Under the pieces are notes generated by a model. It was not told the DNA's origin, searched no databases, and worked only from the letters and a program-made list of their open reading frames with translations. Positions 60,873-64,000 of a stretch of 64,000 nt of DNA are shown here, one piece after another (position 1 is the first letter of the stretch; each line of letters begins with the position of its first letter). A program made the translations under genes and the position numbers. The stretch is from Neovahlkampfia damariscottae. Lineage: Eukaryota. The stretch is taken from contig JABLTG010000017.1 in assembly GCA_016618085.1 (NCBI GenBank), forward strand, positions 62,001-126,000. Direction: 5' to 3'.

Positions 60873-62777
60873 TTACAAACCCATTTTATTTATAGTTTCT
60901 TCATTTTCTTTTAAATACTGACTATAGGCGCTGGATATAGTGAATCTCGAAATTGTATCACAAATATTAACTTCAACTTCTTTTGTTATCTTATCAAATA
61001 AATCACTTTGAAAATCTTGTTCATCAATTTGTTTCAAAGCTGGATATAAAACTTTCCCACTCACATTAATTTCAAGTGGGGATACATTTCTGATCAAATA
61101 ATTATCTTTGATCTGAAGAGCAACATTTCTTCTTGACTTCAAATCCTTTTTCTTTTCGTATTCTAAAACATCAATTTTGAAATAGATATTCTCTGATGAC
61201 CATTCTAATTCAGTAAATTGAATAAATTTTTGAATCAAAATTTCATCTTTCATTAAATTATCCAAAGTCAATGCCTTTCTTCTTTTATTTGTTCGATTTG
61301 ATTTGATGATAAAAATTACTTTCTTGAAGATTGTAATGAATAAAGCAATTCCTCCATTGATTGCAGAACCACTGTAAAATAATATATCTGATGATATTCC
61401 AGCAAATATAAATGGTCTTGAAAGGAATACCCAAACTACTAAAACAGGAATGAAAACGAATAATACTAGAAAGTCAACTCTAAAGTGAAATGGATCTTCT
61501 TCATAAATATACTTATTCCAACGACATTTAATAAAATTTGGGATATTTAAAATAAAATCTAAAACGAAAAAAAAAGCAAAAGAAATACTGACAAAAGCTA
61601 ATCCAACAATATGGAAAAGTCTCATGTATGTTTTCGTGTTTGCTTGACAAGTAAATCCAGAGGCTGCAAAAATGATAAATATTCCAAATTCAAAGATTGC
61701 AACCCACACAAATGGAGCAATGATTAAACCCCAAGGTGACTGTAATAATAACAAAAGCTTTCTAGCTGTTGAAATGATTTTAGCAAGTGTCGGATTAGTG
61801 TATCGTATTGACTGCCTAAAATTACCTCCTATTGCAGTGTTTACTGTTGCAGCTGATGTAGCAGAAGGTAATAAAGTTGTAGCGGATGTTTTTCTTTTTA
61901 TACTTTTCCAATTCTTTATAAAATCACTCTTGTGAATATGTAACTGTAGCAAAATTGAATATCTAACCATCATGAGTGTTGGAAACATTATACATAATTG
62001 AACAAGTGGATATGAAAAAAATCCAGTCAATTTACAAAGATGAATATTTTGTTCTTCGTATGTCATCAAATTTGTCCAATAATATGTAAACAAGTTTAGA
62101 TTTACTGTAATAATTCCCATAATTGGTGAAAATGATCTACTTTTTAATGGTTGATCATTTCTAAAATAAACATACAACAATATAAAAATGATGGCTAAAA
62201 TTGTATCACCAACATAAAATGACCAATGAAGTCCCATTGCTCTTCCAGCCAGACCGATTGAATCACGACAAACTGGATATTGTGCTTTTTTATCTTGATA
62301 GTTAAAATAAATCGGTTCACTCAATAGTGTATGTTTTGGTATCTTTTGAGTTTGGATCGGTGAATTTTCATTGGTGGCAAAAAAGGTGACTGTTTTGTTC
62401 ATCACAAAAGTTGAATTGATTTTGAATGTGAATTGTGAAATACCATCTATTTTATCACTTAAAGTTTGTTCTGTATGAATGTCAAATAATTTACTTTGCA
62501 AGTCAAATTCTGTATGGTTTTTTAGCACTTTTATGATGTTCGGAAAAATTATGAGAAAAAAAATTGAATCTTGTTGTGATAATTTGCTTGAAGAAAACCC
62601 TACAGATGTCCATCCTTTCATTTGACGTGTCCTCAATCTATAACTTAAAAATGTTCCGTTTTTTTGTGTGTCAGGTGGTGTTATCTCTAGAAAACTGTTT
62701 TTCCATATTATACATGGTAATTCTGAATAGACTAAACTTACAAAAACGAAGAAAAAAAACAGCGTTGTCTTCTTCAT
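60873..62777 (-). CDS. Signal peptide + DOMON-like ectodomain + 7TM + RGS domain protein
   Basis: GWTSVGFS (DOMON-like), QPLKSRS, seven hydrophobic segments, and RGS motifs FTELEWSSENIYF, SPLEINVS, NICDTISRF. Confidence 0.88.
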   Translation of the reverse strand: MKKTTLFFFFVFVSLVYSELPCIIWKNSFLEITPPDTQKNGTFLSYRLRTRQMKGWTSVGFSSSKLSQQDSIFFLIIFPNIIKVLKNHTEFDLQSKLFDIHTEQTLSDKIDGISQFTFKINSTFVMNKTVTFFATNENSPIQTQKIPKHTLLSEPIYFNYQDKKAQYPVCRDSIGLAGRAMGLHWSFYVGDTILAIIFILLYVYFRNDQPLKSRSFSPIMGIITVNLNLFTYYWTNLMTYEEQNIHLCKLTGFFSYPLVQLCIMFPTLMMVRYSILLQLHIHKSDFIKNWKSIKRKTSATTLLPSATSAATVNTAIGGNFRQSIRYTNPTLAKIISTARKLLLLLQSPWGLIIAPFVWVAIFEFGIFIIFAASGFTCQANTKTYMRLFHIVGLAFVSISFAFFFVLDFILNIPNFIKCRWNKYIYEEDPFHFRVDFLVLFVFIPVLVVWVFLSRPFIFAGISSDILFYSGSAINGGIALFITIFKKVIFIIKSNRTNKRRKALTLDNLMKDEILIQKFIQFTELEWSSENIYFKIDVLEYEKKKDLKSRRNVALQIKDNYLIRNVSPLEINVSGKVLYPALKQIDEQDFQSDLFDKITKEVEVNICDTISRFTISSAYSQYLKENEETINKMGL

Positions 62778-62896
62778 CTGTTCAAAAAATGAGCTGAATT
62801 ATGATAGGTCAACGTTTTTGAAACTGAATTGTGGAAATAAAATCAAACCTGATGAATGTTTAAACCTTGTTTTTTATTATCATTTTCTTCTGTTCA

Positions 62897-63240
62897 TCAA
62901 AATTTTGAGTGATAAAAATCAACTTCTCCTTTGGAATTTATGTATACGTGTTTTTTTGTTATAAAATCTCTCATACCAAGATGTGTCTCCATCTCTTCTG
63001 TTCTAATCATAGTAATTGTTATTCCATTTCCAAAAAAATCAGGATGCACTTTCCAACTTAAATCAGGATTTTTTTCTGTTATTCCAAAGCATTGTTTTGC
63101 CATAAAAAAACCAATAGTTGAACGACCTGCAAGTGTCAGTTCTCTAAAATGAAGTGTTATTTGAATATTTTTTTTCTTTTTACTTCCAACTCTGTTTTCC
63201 TTGTTCTCTTAAAAAATTGGTCAATGTTAATTTACATTTT
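62897..63240 (-). pseudogene. Small gene or pseudogene with a disrupted 5' end
   Basis: Two GT-AG introns give ...KYLKI-EQGKQSWK-ELTLAGRSTIGFFMAKQCFG...HSKF*, but an in-frame stop lies upstream. Confidence 0.3.
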
Positions 63241-63357
63241 TCAGATATTTTTTCTCTTTATTTTTATGTTAAATGATGTTTTTCAAACTGTTCCTCCTGA
63301 CTCAGCAAACTCATCAGAATTTTCAACCAATAAAAATGAATAAAAAAATATCAAAAT

Positions 63358-64000
63358 TTATTTTTTTTTTTGAGGTATTTCTTTGACAAGAATATCACCA
63401 TATTTATCTATTAACTTCTTCATTGTTTCTTTTTTTTGTTCAATTGTCAAAAAATTTTTATCAGTGCAATAAATATTTTTAGCATTAAAATTGATGCACT
63501 TCCCATCATTAGATTTCAAAATACATTCAACAAGAGTAGAAATAGTATCAAATGAACAATATTTCAATGATAATTCAAAATATAAAGGATCATCAACACC
63601 ATAACATTTCTCAATTTCATTTCCATAAAATGATTGAATAAAATAAGGGTCACATTCTCTTGAAGATAAATAAGTGACTAAAGGTGAATCCTTAAAGAAT
63701 TTCTTTTTATCATGAACTTTTTGAATAGTTTTGATTGTAAAATCATATTCTTTCAAATCATGTCCCAGCAAGAGTAGTAAATAATAAGGTGACGATTGAT
63801 TTTCAAAATAAATAGAAAAATTATAATGTTCTATTAATGATTTTAAAACATTGAAAATTTCTTTTTTTTCTTCAGTGCCTCTTGATCGAAAGGTATTTCT
63901 GTTCATTGTCTGAAAAGGAAGCATATCACAACAAAATAACAAACCCAATGAATAACCTTCAACACGGTCACTATACTTTCTTGGAATATTTAATGGGTCA
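63358..64000 (-). CDS. 3' part of an uncharacterised gene extending beyond the window
   Basis: Open frame of more than 196 aa running to the window edge; helical-repeat-like; no recognised family. Confidence 0.6.
   Translation of the reverse strand, partial: DPLNIPRKYSDRVEGYSLGLLFCCDMLPFQTMNRNTFRSRGTEEKKEIFNVLKSLIEHYNFSIYFENQSSPYYLLLLLGHDLKEYDFTIKTIQKVHDKKKFFKDSPLVTYLSSRECDPYFIQSFYGNEIEKCYGVDDPLYFELSLKYCSFDTISTLVECILKSNDGKCINFNAKNIYCTDKNFLTIEQKKETMKKLIDKYGDILVKEIPQKKK

Noticed and set aside
1..64000. Alternative genetic code or prokaryotic origin to explain the fragmented ORFs
   Set aside because: The ORF breaks coincide with GT-AG introns, and TAA, TAG and TGA all end conserved genes at expected positions.

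Overview
AT-rich, gene-dense eukaryotic DNA using the standard genetic code, with tiny (~27-42 nt) GT-AG introns and CCAAT boxes just upstream of most start codons. The gene content (DUF4116 repeats, 7TM-RGS, Kelch-BTB, a giant RCC1/EGF/TIG receptor) suggests a heterolobosean, Naegleria-like protist; this is inference. About 25 protein-coding genes are present, including RPL18, a ~4,700-aa surface receptor, an SVOP-like MFS transporter, GMPPA, an SDR-P450-SDR-EXPERA group, a short cullin, a mitochondrial phosphate carrier, HACD, a UBX protein, a kinase and OSCA/TMEM63. There are also two tandem U15-like box C/D snoRNAs. The standout is 48895-50611, which the ORF track mostly misses. It is an ankyrin-repeat gene whose inter-repeat loop is encoded by 14 consecutive 3-nt, single-codon, phase-0 microexons (N-Y-K-N-D-K-Y-W-W-Y-Y-K-N-E) plus one 12-nt exon, each separated by a 30-42 nt GTAA...AG intron. 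Skipping any subset keeps the reading frame, so this may be a splicing-based diversifier of an aromatic-rich binding loop. That loop is fused to an uncharacterised C-terminal domain shared with two other genes in the window. All gene models were assembled by eye and family names were recognised from motifs; no searches were run.
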